From positions 20,222 to 84,221 of the forward strand of contig JACPZA010000026.1 of assembly GCA_016195715.1 (NCBI GenBank): DNA of 64,000 nt, in the 5' to 3' direction. The stretch comes from Candidatus Daviesbacteria bacterium. Its GTDB lineage: Bacteria > Patescibacteriota > Microgenomatia > Daviesbacterales > UBA10151. The notes below the pieces were generated by a model. It did no database searches, had not been told where the DNA came from, and saw only the letters and a list, made by a program, of their open reading frames with translations. Shown here one piece after another: positions 47,608 to 56,507 of the stretch. The first letter of the stretch is position 1, and every line of letters begins with the position of its first letter. The translations under genes were made by a program, and so were the position numbers.

Positions 47608-49308
47608 CTACATCCTTTCTGGTGCTTCAATTCCCAGTAAATTTAATCCTAGTTTAATTTTCTCACCAACTGCTTTGGTTAAAACAAGTCTTAAATCAGC
47701 TTGTTTTGATTTAATAACTGGGTGCATTTGATAAAACAAATTAAAAGCTTTAGCCAATTCAATTAAATAGCCACAAATTAAATTGGGTTGATAATTAGTA
47801 GCGGATTGCTCAATTATTAGATCAAAATATTCAAGTTGCCTCAAAACTTTTCTCTCCTCTTGATTTAAACTATCATATTTTTTAAGTTGGTTCTGGGTAA
47901 CATGGCCTAAGAAAGATGCATTTTTTAAAATTGATTGAGTCCTGGCAAAAGTGTACTGAAGATATGGACCACTATCACCGCTTAAGGAAATTGACTGATC
48001 AACATCAAAAACCATATTAGTTTTGGGAGAGAATTTTAGATAAGAAAATTTAATCGCTCCTAAGGCAATTTTATTTATTAACTTACTATCCTGGGCTAAC
48101 TTGCTTGAGTTGATATTAGCTTTAAGTTGTTTAGATATAAGCTCTACGAGCTGATCAATTGTTACTACTTGACCAGTTCGAGATGACATTTTGCCTTCTT
48201 TTAAATCCACTAAGCCATAAGATAAATGATGCTTTTTACCTTTCAGATTAGGAAAAATTAACTCAATAGCTTTAATAACTACCTCAAAATAGCCAGCTTG
48301 TTCAGATGCCACAATATGAATCGATTGATCATATCTAAATGTATCAAACTCTAACTTAGCCAGTCCAATCTCTTTTCCCTCATAGGTTGGGTGGCCAACA
48401 GATGTTACAAAAACTCTAGTGTGTAAATTATAATTTTCACCAGGAAAGATAATTGCACCTTGATCTTCTTTAAAAACCTTACCTACATGCTCTCGTACTA
48501 AATGTTTTCCTTCCTCAGCTACCTCACTTTCAAAAAAACAACGATCGTATTTTATACCTAAAAGTTTATAAATAGGCTCAAAATATTCAACACTCCATTT
48601 TTTTGCCAAATCATAAAGCTGTTTTAGCTCAAGGTCTTGGTTTTCATATAACAATTTATTAATTTTATCTATTTCCAGTTTAACTTTTGGATCTTGCTCA
48701 TAATATTTATTACCCTTAGCATAAGCTTGTCCTAAAAATTTAGCTTTTTTTTCTAAATTTAAATTTTTTTGGGGGATTCCAATTTTTTTAATTCCCCAAA
48801 TTGCTTTGGCAACATGTAACCCAACATCACCTTGATAGTTAGCCCGAAAAACTTTTGCTCCCAAATGTTCTAAAATCCGCGACATACTTTCACCAATAGT
48901 AAAAGTTCGCAAATGTCCAATGTGAACTTCTTTTAAAATATTGACATGTCCATATTCAATTAGAAATTTTTTATCTTTAAAGTTACCTCCACCTTCAACC
49001 TTAATACTTTCCCCTAAATTCTTAATTAATAATTCATCCTTAATAAAAAAGTTTAAAAAGCCAGGTCCTGCAACTTCTATTCTTTCTAAGTAGTGAGGAT
49101 GTCCAAATTTTTCTAAAATTTTACTAGCAATGTCTACAGATGACTGCTCACCATTTGCTAGGTTTTGTTTGGATAGCTGCAAAGCCACATTTGTTGTATA
49201 ATCTCCAAAATCAATATTTTCTGGAATAGATAAAACTATATCACTACTTTCATAACCTAATTTAGAGATTGTCTTTTTTAGGTCTTCTTCTATTTGTTTT
49301 TTGACCAT
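47608..49308 (-). CDS. argS: Arginine--tRNA ligase
   Basis: Class I HIGH variant HIGHLR; ArgRS-type N-terminal add domain and C-terminal DALR-like region; 566 aa. Confidence 0.9.
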   Translation of the reverse strand: MVKKQIEEDLKKTISKLGYESSDIVLSIPENIDFGDYTTNVALQLSKQNLANGEQSSVDIASKILEKFGHPHYLERIEVAGPGFLNFFIKDELLIKNLGESIKVEGGGNFKDKKFLIEYGHVNILKEVHIGHLRTFTIGESMSRILEHLGAKVFRANYQGDVGLHVAKAIWGIKKIGIPQKNLNLEKKAKFLGQAYAKGNKYYEQDPKVKLEIDKINKLLYENQDLELKQLYDLAKKWSVEYFEPIYKLLGIKYDRCFFESEVAEEGKHLVREHVGKVFKEDQGAIIFPGENYNLHTRVFVTSVGHPTYEGKEIGLAKLEFDTFRYDQSIHIVASEQAGYFEVVIKAIELIFPNLKGKKHHLSYGLVDLKEGKMSSRTGQVVTIDQLVELISKQLKANINSSKLAQDSKLINKIALGAIKFSYLKFSPKTNMVFDVDQSISLSGDSGPYLQYTFARTQSILKNASFLGHVTQNQLKKYDSLNQEERKVLRQLEYFDLIIEQSATNYQPNLICGYLIELAKAFNLFYQMHPVIKSKQADLRLVLTKAVGEKIKLGLNLLGIEAPERM

Positions 49309-49369
49309 ATATTTATTGTAACACTATTGTTTAAATATCTTTAGATAATTTAATAAACTTTGTGATTAT

Positions 49370-50296
49370 TTAGCTTGTTAAAAGATAAGCAATTAATGCT
49401 TTTGCTGTATATAACCTATTTTTTGCTTGCTGAATTATTACAGATTGGGGTCCCTCAACTATTTCAGACGTTACTTCCTGCTCTTTATGAACAGGCATAC
49501 AATGCATAAAAATTGCCTCTGGCTTAGCCAAAGATATCAGGTTGGAATTAACTTGATAGGGCTTAAATACAGCTAAACGTATCTTTTCTTCTACCTCTTG
49601 TCCCATGCTAACCCAAGTGTCAGTATAAACCACATCAGCTTCTTTAACAGCTTCTTCCGGATGTTCTGTTTCGGTTACTGTTGCAGCGGTATCTTTAGAT
49701 AAATCCTTGGACACCTCCCTTACCTCTTCTTTCATCCAATATCCTCTTGGTGAAGCCACTTTAAAATTCATCCCAAGTAACGCACAGCCTAAAGCAAGAG
49801 AATGAGGGACATTATTATTTCCATCTCCAATAAAGCCTAGAGTTAAACCTGCAATTTCTCCTTTTATTTCCCAGATAGTCAAAAGATCAGCCAAAGCCTG
49901 GCAAGGATGCTCAAGATCAGAAAGAGCATTTATCACTGGAATTTGAGAGTATTGGCTATATTCTTGTAAAACTTTATGACTAAAAACTCTTGCTACTACC
50001 AAATCAGCCATGCTAGAGATTACTTGAGCAACATCAGATACTGCTTCCCTTTTATCTAAGCCAACTTCTTGTGCTCCAAAGTAAACTGAGTGTCCTCCAA
50101 GTTGGTTCATAGCTATGTCAAAACTTAATTTTGTTCTTAAACTAGGTTTTTCAAATAACATTACCATTTGTTTTCCATCTAGATTAGGCTGAGTTTGAGG
50201 GTTTGTTTTCATATTTTTAGCCAAGGTTAAAACTTGCCAAATTTCTTTAGCCGAGAGATCAGTTATTGATAAAAAATGTTTAATACCTTCATTCAT
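49370..50296 (-). CDS. argF: Ornithine carbamoyltransferase
   Basis: SLRTK (STRTR-like carbamoyl-phosphate site), HCMP (HCLP) motif, 308 aa. Confidence 0.85.
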   Translation of the reverse strand: MNEGIKHFLSITDLSAKEIWQVLTLAKNMKTNPQTQPNLDGKQMVMLFEKPSLRTKLSFDIAMNQLGGHSVYFGAQEVGLDKREAVSDVAQVISSMADLVVARVFSHKVLQEYSQYSQIPVINALSDLEHPCQALADLLTIWEIKGEIAGLTLGFIGDGNNNVPHSLALGCALLGMNFKVASPRGYWMKEEVREVSKDLSKDTAATVTETEHPEEAVKEADVVYTDTWVSMGQEVEEKIRLAVFKPYQVNSNLISLAKPEAIFMHCMPVHKEQEVTSEIVEGPQSVIIQQAKNRLYTAKALIAYLLTS

Positions 50297-51057
50297 ATTT
50301 TTACTTCTGTTCCTAAAAAATTACCTCCAAAAGCTGATGCTAAGTTAGTATGATGACAGATTAGTGTTCTTCCACCTGCAGATGAGACATTGAAAGCCGC
50401 TTCAAGCTTTGGGATCATTCCTGAGCTTACAGCTCCTTGCTTATACATCTGGTTAAAGGCAGATCCCGTTAAATCTCTTATAAGTTCTCCATTTTTATCC
50501 AAGACTCCAGGAACATTAGTGAGGAAAATTACGTTCGCACCCAGCGCTATCGCCACTGCTGATGATGCCAAATCACCATTAATATTTAAAAGTGAATGAG
50601 GATGTTGTATTGCCTGAGCAATTGGGGAAATGATCGGGATTTCTCCTTGTTGCAATCTCTGGTTTATTAAGTCTGCTTTTACAGCTGTTACTCTTCCAAC
50701 ATATCCTAAACTAGGATTTGGAATCTCCCCTTCTAACAGGCTTGAGAATGGCCCGCTTTCACAGACTTTTACTCCATAGCTTGTTAATTTTGAAGTCAAT
50801 CTTTTATTAATTAGGTCTAGTCTTTTCACTACAACAATCAGAGTTTCTGGATCGGTTACCCTTTGTCCGTTTACTTTTATTGGCTTAATTCCCAGTTCCT
50901 CTAAATCTTTGTCAATCTCTGGCCCTCCACCATGAACTACAACCAATGGATGAGCTTGCTGATATAATTTAGCCAAAGATTTTAGTGTTACATCCTCTTC
51001 TTCAAGAGTACTTCCACCTATTTTTATTACTGTTGGTTGTTCTAAATAGTTTTTCAT
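50293..51057 (-). CDS. argB: Acetylglutamate kinase (amino-acid kinase family)
   Basis: VIKIGGS ... VVVHGGGPEI motifs; 254 aa; 4-bp overlap with argF. Confidence 0.8.
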   Translation of the reverse strand: MKNYLEQPTVIKIGGSTLEEEDVTLKSLAKLYQQAHPLVVVHGGGPEIDKDLEELGIKPIKVNGQRVTDPETLIVVVKRLDLINKRLTSKLTSYGVKVCESGPFSSLLEGEIPNPSLGYVGRVTAVKADLINQRLQQGEIPIISPIAQAIQHPHSLLNINGDLASSAVAIALGANVIFLTNVPGVLDKNGELIRDLTGSAFNQMYKQGAVSSGMIPKLEAAFNVSSAGGRTLICHHTNLASAFGGNFLGTEVKI

Positions 51058-51563
51058 GTAACTTCTTTCTCCATAATAAGTTCGTCAAAATATTTTCCTT
51101 CAAAAAAGATTTCATTTTTCTTTTTTCCTATTAATTTAAACCCACAACTTTTGTATAGATCTATTGCCGGTATCTGTGTTTCTGCTACCCATATTTTGAC
51201 TTTTATGATTTCTTCGTGTTTTTTTAAATCTTTGAGAATTTTATTCATAAGCAATTTTCCTACACCTATTCCTCTATATTTTGGCTCAACATAAACACCA
51301 ACAATTGTTGCTATGCTACTTTCTTTGCCAGCGTTTTTGGTGTGTGCGCCTATAATTCCTATAAATTTTTCACTATATTTGGCAAACAACCAAATGTCTC
51401 CTGACTTGGTTAGTTTTTGTTTCCATTCTTCATCTGAATAAGCCACGGCTTGTTCATGCGTGGCTGCGAACGCAATAGGATCAGTTAGTAAGGATTTTAA
51501 TTTTATCTTTTTATAAATCTCCCATTGTTCAGGTTTTAGATTAGTTAGTTTTATTTTTTTCAT
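51054..51563 (-). CDS. GNAT family N-acetyltransferase (possibly a short ArgA-like N-acetylglutamate synthase, given context)
   Basis: GNAT motif A YRGIGVGKLLMNKIL; likely start is MKKIKL at 51563 rather than the ORF-track start at 51638, which would run into the leader terminator. Confidence 0.6.
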   Translation of the reverse strand: MKKIKLTNLKPEQWEIYKKIKLKSLLTDPIAFAATHEQAVAYSDEEWKQKLTKSGDIWLFAKYSEKFIGIIGAHTKNAGKESSIATIVGVYVEPKYRGIGVGKLLMNKILKDLKKHEEIIKVKIWVAETQIPAIDLYKSCGFKLIGKKKNEIFFEGKYFDELIMEKEVT

Positions 51564-51582
51564 ATTTTCCTTTTTTAGCTTT

Positions 51583-51648
51583 AAAAAAGCCCTTGTCTGC
51601 TGATAAACACTTCGATTTAACTCAGTGCTTATTAGCAAACAAGGGCTC
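51583..51648 (-). terminator. Leader terminator of the T-box riboswitch (alternative to the antiterminator)
   Basis: On the minus strand AGCCCUUGUUUGCU...(~36 nt)...AGCAGACAAGGGCU followed by UUUUUU; its 5' arm CCUUGUUU can instead pair with AAACAAGG just upstream of the T-box core. Confidence 0.6.
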
Positions 51649-51929
51649 TCTTATTTGAGGGCGGTGCCACCTTGTTTACCCTACGTAGCCTTGGCGAAGT
51701 AGGGCTTCTCATAAAAAATCCTCCATGTCTGGAGGAGCTTGTTACAAGAATTTCTCTTTAACGCTCCTGTTTCTCTCTTCTGCTAACAGCTTCAAAGAGT
51801 AAACCGACACGCTTGTTGATTTTACAGTTCAACTTCTGTCGTAGTATTTTCTTCGACTTATGCTCAGAACTTACCTACGCGGCTTATCTATTGCGATAGA
51901 TTCAAACGCCTTTAAAAAATATTTAGTTG
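51583..51929 (-). ncRNA. T-box riboswitch leader RNA (tRNA-sensing), upstream of GNAT-argB-argF(-argS); likely Arg-specific
   Basis: Conserved T-box core AAACAAGGUGGCACCGCCCUC (revcomp of 51657-51677; consensus AAUUAGGGUGGNACCGCG); UGGC bulge would pair with a tRNA 3' GCCA (the tRNA-Arg in this window has discriminator G); competing antiterminator/terminator; ~390-bp ORF-free, GC-enriched gap. Confidence 0.6.
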
Positions 51930-51936
51930 TAAAATG

Positions 51937-51964
51937 ATTATATCACAAGCAATTTTTTTGTCAA
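51937..51964 (-). promoter_or_regulatory. Consensus sigma70 promoter (TTGACA-16-TATAAT) driving the T-box leader
   Basis: Minus strand reads gcttatagTTGACAaaaaaattgcttgtgaTATAATcatt; the -35 overlaps the comEC stop codon. Confidence 0.6.
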
Positions 51965-52974
51965 CTATAAGCTTTTTTACTTTCTTGTTTCAAAGCTAAA
52001 AATAAAGCTAAAACAATTAAATAATAACCTATCCAAACTAGGATTGAGGTTTTTGGAAAATAGATGTTGGCAAAACTTAAACTGCCAAAAAAGTTCACTA
52101 TATAAATAAAATAAGTTAGTAGTACTCCAGAAAAAAGTCCAAATATTTTTCCCAAAGTTAAACTAATCAACCCAAAACTTAAAGCTACAATTCCTCCCAT
52201 CATGATAAATGACACAGTCCATAAAACTAAAACATTAACTAACAATCCAATTAAGCTAAATTGATGAAAATTGGCAGCAATAATTGGCCAAGTTAAAGCT
52301 TGAGCACAAAATGAGACAATAAGATCCTGTTTTATAATGTCTGGCAAGAAATTTATTCTATTTTCCAGTTCTGGAGCCACTATTACTACTCCCACAGTTG
52401 CCAAAATTGAGAGCTGAAAGGAGATGGAAAGTAACCAATTTGGGTTATAAATAAGCATTAAAAGTCCAGTTAGAATTAAGATCCATGGACTTTCTTTTTC
52501 TCTACCAAAAAATTGAGCGATCGATGAAAAACCAACCATTAGAGCTGCTCTAATAACTGGAACTTGCAACCCAGTCAGTACTGCATAAAACAAACTAGCT
52601 AGCAAAGATAAAGCTAAAGTTTTTCTTCTGCCTAAAATTGAAGCTAAGCTCATGATAAACCCAGAAACTAAAGTTAAATTCTGACCAGAAACCACCACAA
52701 TATGAATGGTTGAAGTTTTTCTTAAATTATTATTAAAATAGCCCGGTAAGTCGCTTTTTTCTCCAAGCAAAATTCCAGAAAGTAGTGGCGCTTGAGGCTG
52801 GGGCAAAATTTCTGAGATGGTATTTGCTAGTTTGAGCCTAAAAGGCAATAGATATTTGGCAATACTTTCAGTTTCTGGATCTTGATATTTTTTGTCCAAC
52901 CCACCAATTTGAGTAACTCTAAAGATAAAAATTAAAGTAAATAAAATCAAAACCAAGCCAAAAGTCTTTCTCAA
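51961..52974 (-). CDS. comEC: ComEC/Rec2-like DNA internalisation channel, membrane competence domain only (no C-terminal metallo-beta-lactamase domain)
   Basis: Multi-TM; TSTIHIVVVSGQNLTLVSGF matches the ComEC signature (SHLLAISGLHV-like). Confidence 0.6.
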   Translation of the reverse strand: MRKTFGLVLILFTLIFIFRVTQIGGLDKKYQDPETESIAKYLLPFRLKLANTISEILPQPQAPLLSGILLGEKSDLPGYFNNNLRKTSTIHIVVVSGQNLTLVSGFIMSLASILGRRKTLALSLLASLFYAVLTGLQVPVIRAALMVGFSSIAQFFGREKESPWILILTGLLMLIYNPNWLLSISFQLSILATVGVVIVAPELENRINFLPDIIKQDLIVSFCAQALTWPIIAANFHQFSLIGLLVNVLVLWTVSFIMMGGIVALSFGLISLTLGKIFGLFSGVLLTYFIYIVNFFGSLSFANIYFPKTSILVWIGYYLIVLALFLALKQESKKAYS

Positions 52975-52975
52975 T

Positions 52976-53569
52976 TTATCTTAGATCAATTAAATTTTTG
53001 ATTTTTTCAAAAATGCCTTTGGAAACAGCTTTTTTAGCCACCAAATCATTTAAATCAGAATAAGGACGACTACTGATAATTTTTGAAGCTGTAGCAGGCC
53101 CTATCCCTGGTAAATTCTCTAAATCATTTTCACTGCCAGAATTTATCCCAACTAATTGTCCAGAAACTCCAGCTACGCTAGTTATTGTTTGTCCAGAAAA
53201 AGCGGTTTGATCGGATTTATTTGGGATATAAATTTTTTGGCCATCAACTAACTTTTGAGATAAATTTAGACTTTTTTCAACATAATCTTGATTTACATCT
53301 AAACTCAACCCCCCAGCTTTGGAAATAGCATCTTCAATTCTAGAATTTGAAGCTAAACTGACTACTCCCGGATTATTCACGGCTCCAGAAATATCTACTT
53401 TTATTTCACTACTCCCTGAGGTATTAGCTATAGTAGTTTTTGAATATTTAACAGCTTTTGCAGAAAGTAAATTTGAACTAAAAATCCCACCAACTATTAA
53501 AACTACCCCAACTAAACTTAAAATAATTGGTAATTTATACTGGCTAAAGAGCGAATTAAATTTTTCCAC
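52976..53569 (-). CDS. comEA: Competence protein ComEA (SLBB + helix-hairpin-helix DNA-binding)
   Basis: N-terminal TM; C-terminal HhH DLENLPGIGPATASKIISSRPYSDLNDL. Confidence 0.8.
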   Translation of the reverse strand: MEKFNSLFSQYKLPIILSLVGVVLIVGGIFSSNLLSAKAVKYSKTTIANTSGSSEIKVDISGAVNNPGVVSLASNSRIEDAISKAGGLSLDVNQDYVEKSLNLSQKLVDGQKIYIPNKSDQTAFSGQTITSVAGVSGQLVGINSGSENDLENLPGIGPATASKIISSRPYSDLNDLVAKKAVSKGIFEKIKNLIDLR

Positions 53570-53598
53570 TGCTCTTTAAATTTAGTAAGAATTTAAAT

Positions 53599-54084
53599 TT
53601 AATGCAAGCTTTTGCGATATTCTTTAAGCCAAACCTGATAAGCTTTATTTAAATGTCCTAAGCCTCTGGCACTTAACTCTTTTTTTATCACTCCACCATG
53701 ATGCGGATATTTGTGCAATCTAGGCTTGGGAGAGGAAAATCCGTGTGTATAATGACAAAGCTCATGAGCTATGGTGTGATCTACAACCTGGATTGGAATT
53801 AAAGGATCTTTAAACATTCCAGTAATAGTAATATATGAGTGTTTTGCCAATTTATCAAACCTAATTGAACCTAAACGATACCGAGAAAACCTTCCAAACT
53901 TAATAAAAACTGGGTTAACTTGCCTAACATTATTAAAATAATTGCTCCACAGATAGTCTAGGCGTGCTAATAACCAATTATCACCACGCAAAGATTTAGA
54001 GATTCGAACGCTGGTTAGAGAAAAGTAAGGTTTGAGTTGGGGCATCGTTAGAATATAGTAAGACGCTTTAGCAAAATATGTCAA
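53599..54084 (-). CDS. SprT-like / DUF45-like zinc metallopeptidase-fold protein
   Basis: HTIAHELCHYTHG (HExxH-containing) near the C-terminal third. Confidence 0.4.
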   Translation of the reverse strand: MTYFAKASYYILTMPQLKPYFSLTSVRISKSLRGDNWLLARLDYLWSNYFNNVRQVNPVFIKFGRFSRYRLGSIRFDKLAKHSYITITGMFKDPLIPIQVVDHTIAHELCHYTHGFSSPKPRLHKYPHHGGVIKKELSARGLGHLNKAYQVWLKEYRKSLH

Positions 54085-54095
54085 GCAAGCTAAAA

Positions 54096-56507
54096 TTAAA
54101 CTACCAGGCTTAAAACTTTACCTTTAGCATAAATAGTCTTTTTAATCTCTTTACCTTGCAAAAACTTTTGGACTTTAGTACTTTCTAAAGCTTTTTTTAA
54201 TATATCAGACTGATTATTTAATATATCAATAGATAAATTAATAGTATCCCTAACTTTACCATTAACTTGAATCACAATACTTACCTGCTCTGTTTGCAAA
54301 TACTTTTCATCAACTTTTGGCCAAGATTGTAAATGAATTGACTCCTTTTCCCCAAGCCTCTGCCATAACTCCTCAGTAATATGAGGAGCAAATGGAGCCA
54401 GTACCAAAATTAAATTCTTATATTCATTTTTACTGACTTTATCTTTTCTGCTTAGATGATTTAGCCAACTCATAATTGCAGCAACAGCTGTATTAAATTT
54501 AACCTCATTTATTTCTTGAGTGACTTTTTTTATTGTTTGGTTCATAACAGTTAGATCTTCCTTTGAAAGTTCTACTTTTGTCATTTTGTCATATAACTGC
54601 CAGATTCTAGTTAAAAATCTATAAATTCCAGATATTGCACCTGGTGACCAAGGAGCTGTCGCATCATAAGGCATCATAAAACTTAAATATAGCCTCACTG
54701 TATCTGTTCCATATTCTTTAACTACATCATCTGGGTTAATAACATTTCCTCTGGATTTGCTCATCCTATTTCCATCTGGGCCGAGTACTACTCCATGCTG
54801 AACTCTGACTTTGGCAAACTCATCGTACTCAACCATTTTTAAGTCTTTAAAAAATTTAGTAAAAAATCTAGCATATAAAGTGTGTCCTAGGGTATGTTCT
54901 GATCCTCCAAAATAGATATCTAGCGGCATTAATATTTTGGCTAATTCAGGATCAAAAGGACCATTATCAAAGTGGGGATCTAAATATCTTAGAAAATACC
55001 AAGATGAATCAAAAAATGTATCCAAAGTTTCTGCATCTCTTTTAGCTTCTCCTTGGCATTTAGGGCATTTAACTTTTAACCACTCTTTATTACTAGCTAA
55101 AGGGGGTTCTCCAGTAGGAGTAAAATCCACTTCATATGGCAGTTCAACTGGTAGATCTTTGTCTGGGACAGGAATCATGCCACAATTTGGACAATGAATA
55201 ATAGGCACAGGTGTTCCCCAATATCTCTGCCTCGAAATTGACCAATCATGGATATGATATTCAACTTCTCTTTTTCCATAGCCTTTTTCTTCCATATAAT
55301 CCATGATTTTTTTAGTAGCAGGGTGAATATCTAAACCATTTAAGAAATCAGAATTAACTATCTTTCCCTCTTGTTCTTGTACTTGTTTGATATCCTTTAT
55401 TTCACCTTCATCACCATCTTTTCCAACCACAACTCTTTTTATCTCTAAGCCAAATTTTTGAGCAAACTCAAAGTCTGTCTTATCATGACCAGGCACCCCT
55501 ACTAATGCACCAGTTCCAAAATTAATTAGTACAAAATCAGCTATCCAAATTGGCATCTTAAAATTAGTTAAGGGATTAATTGCATAAGATCCTGTAAAGA
55601 TGCCTGTTTTTTCTTTGTTTTCTTTTCTTTCTAGCTCGGTTTTTTTCTTGCTTTTTTCTAGATAAGCCTTTACAGAAGCTTTGTTATCTTTAGTTGTAAT
55701 AGCTAAGGCTTTGGGATGCTCTGGTGCTAGAGCGATAAAAGTGGCTCCAAAATTAGTGTCTGGACGTGTGGTAAATACTTCAACAGTCTCATCAGAACCT
55801 TCTATGTTATAAGTAATATTAATTCCTGTCTTTTTTCCAATCCAATTATTTTGACCATCCCTGACTGAGGCTGGCCAGTCAGCTTGAGGTGGTTCTTTCC
55901 AAATTAATTGATCAGCGTAAGCTGTTATTTTTAAAAACCACTGCTCTACTTCTTTTTGAATGACTTCTGTTCCACACCTCCAGCACTTTCCACTCTCAAC
56001 ATGCTCATTGGCTAATACAGTTTTATCTTTAGGGCACCAATTTGATAGTGTTTTACCTCTATAAGCAATTCCTTTTTCAAACATTCTATTAAAGATCCAT
56101 TGATTCCACTTGTAATATTCAGGCAAACAAGTTATAGCTTGGTGATCCCAATCTATCATCGTGCCCATAGTTTGGAATTGTTTAGTCATAGTCTCTATAT
56201 TGGACATTGTCCAATCTTTTGGGTGGATCCCTCTTTTGATGGCCGCGTTCTCTGCAGGCAAGCCAAAAGCATCAAATCCATTAGGGAAAAAGACATTTAG
56301 TCCTTGCATTCTTTTAAACCTAGCCATGACATCTGGCGGGACAAAGGCAAACCAGTGTCCAATATGTAAATCTCCTGATGGGTAAGGAAGCTCAACTAAA
56401 TTGTAAAATTTCTCCTTAGATGAATCTAAGCTAAATTTATTAACTCCTTGTTCTCTCCAAGTCCTCTGCCACTTATTTTCAACCTCTACTGGTAAATACT
56501 TTTTCAT
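54096..56507 (-). CDS. leuS: Leucine--tRNA ligase
   Basis: PYPSGDLHIGHWFAF (HIGH), KMSKSRGN (KMSKS), CP1 editing domain; 803 aa. Confidence 0.95.
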   Translation of the reverse strand: MKKYLPVEVENKWQRTWREQGVNKFSLDSSKEKFYNLVELPYPSGDLHIGHWFAFVPPDVMARFKRMQGLNVFFPNGFDAFGLPAENAAIKRGIHPKDWTMSNIETMTKQFQTMGTMIDWDHQAITCLPEYYKWNQWIFNRMFEKGIAYRGKTLSNWCPKDKTVLANEHVESGKCWRCGTEVIQKEVEQWFLKITAYADQLIWKEPPQADWPASVRDGQNNWIGKKTGINITYNIEGSDETVEVFTTRPDTNFGATFIALAPEHPKALAITTKDNKASVKAYLEKSKKKTELERKENKEKTGIFTGSYAINPLTNFKMPIWIADFVLINFGTGALVGVPGHDKTDFEFAQKFGLEIKRVVVGKDGDEGEIKDIKQVQEQEGKIVNSDFLNGLDIHPATKKIMDYMEEKGYGKREVEYHIHDWSISRQRYWGTPVPIIHCPNCGMIPVPDKDLPVELPYEVDFTPTGEPPLASNKEWLKVKCPKCQGEAKRDAETLDTFFDSSWYFLRYLDPHFDNGPFDPELAKILMPLDIYFGGSEHTLGHTLYARFFTKFFKDLKMVEYDEFAKVRVQHGVVLGPDGNRMSKSRGNVINPDDVVKEYGTDTVRLYLSFMMPYDATAPWSPGAISGIYRFLTRIWQLYDKMTKVELSKEDLTVMNQTIKKVTQEINEVKFNTAVAAIMSWLNHLSRKDKVSKNEYKNLILVLAPFAPHITEELWQRLGEKESIHLQSWPKVDEKYLQTEQVSIVIQVNGKVRDTINLSIDILNNQSDILKKALESTKVQKFLQGKEIKKTIYAKGKVLSLVV

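Noticed and set aside
51590-51960. RNase P RNA on the plus strand (CAGAAC...CGGCUUAUC and GUAAAC strings resemble M1 RNA conserved regions)
   Set aside because: There is no AGGAAAGUCCGG P4 5' strand and no complementary partner for a P4 helix. The reverse strand gives a far better explanation: T-box core GGUGGCACCGCC, antiterminator/terminator pair, and a consensus promoter.
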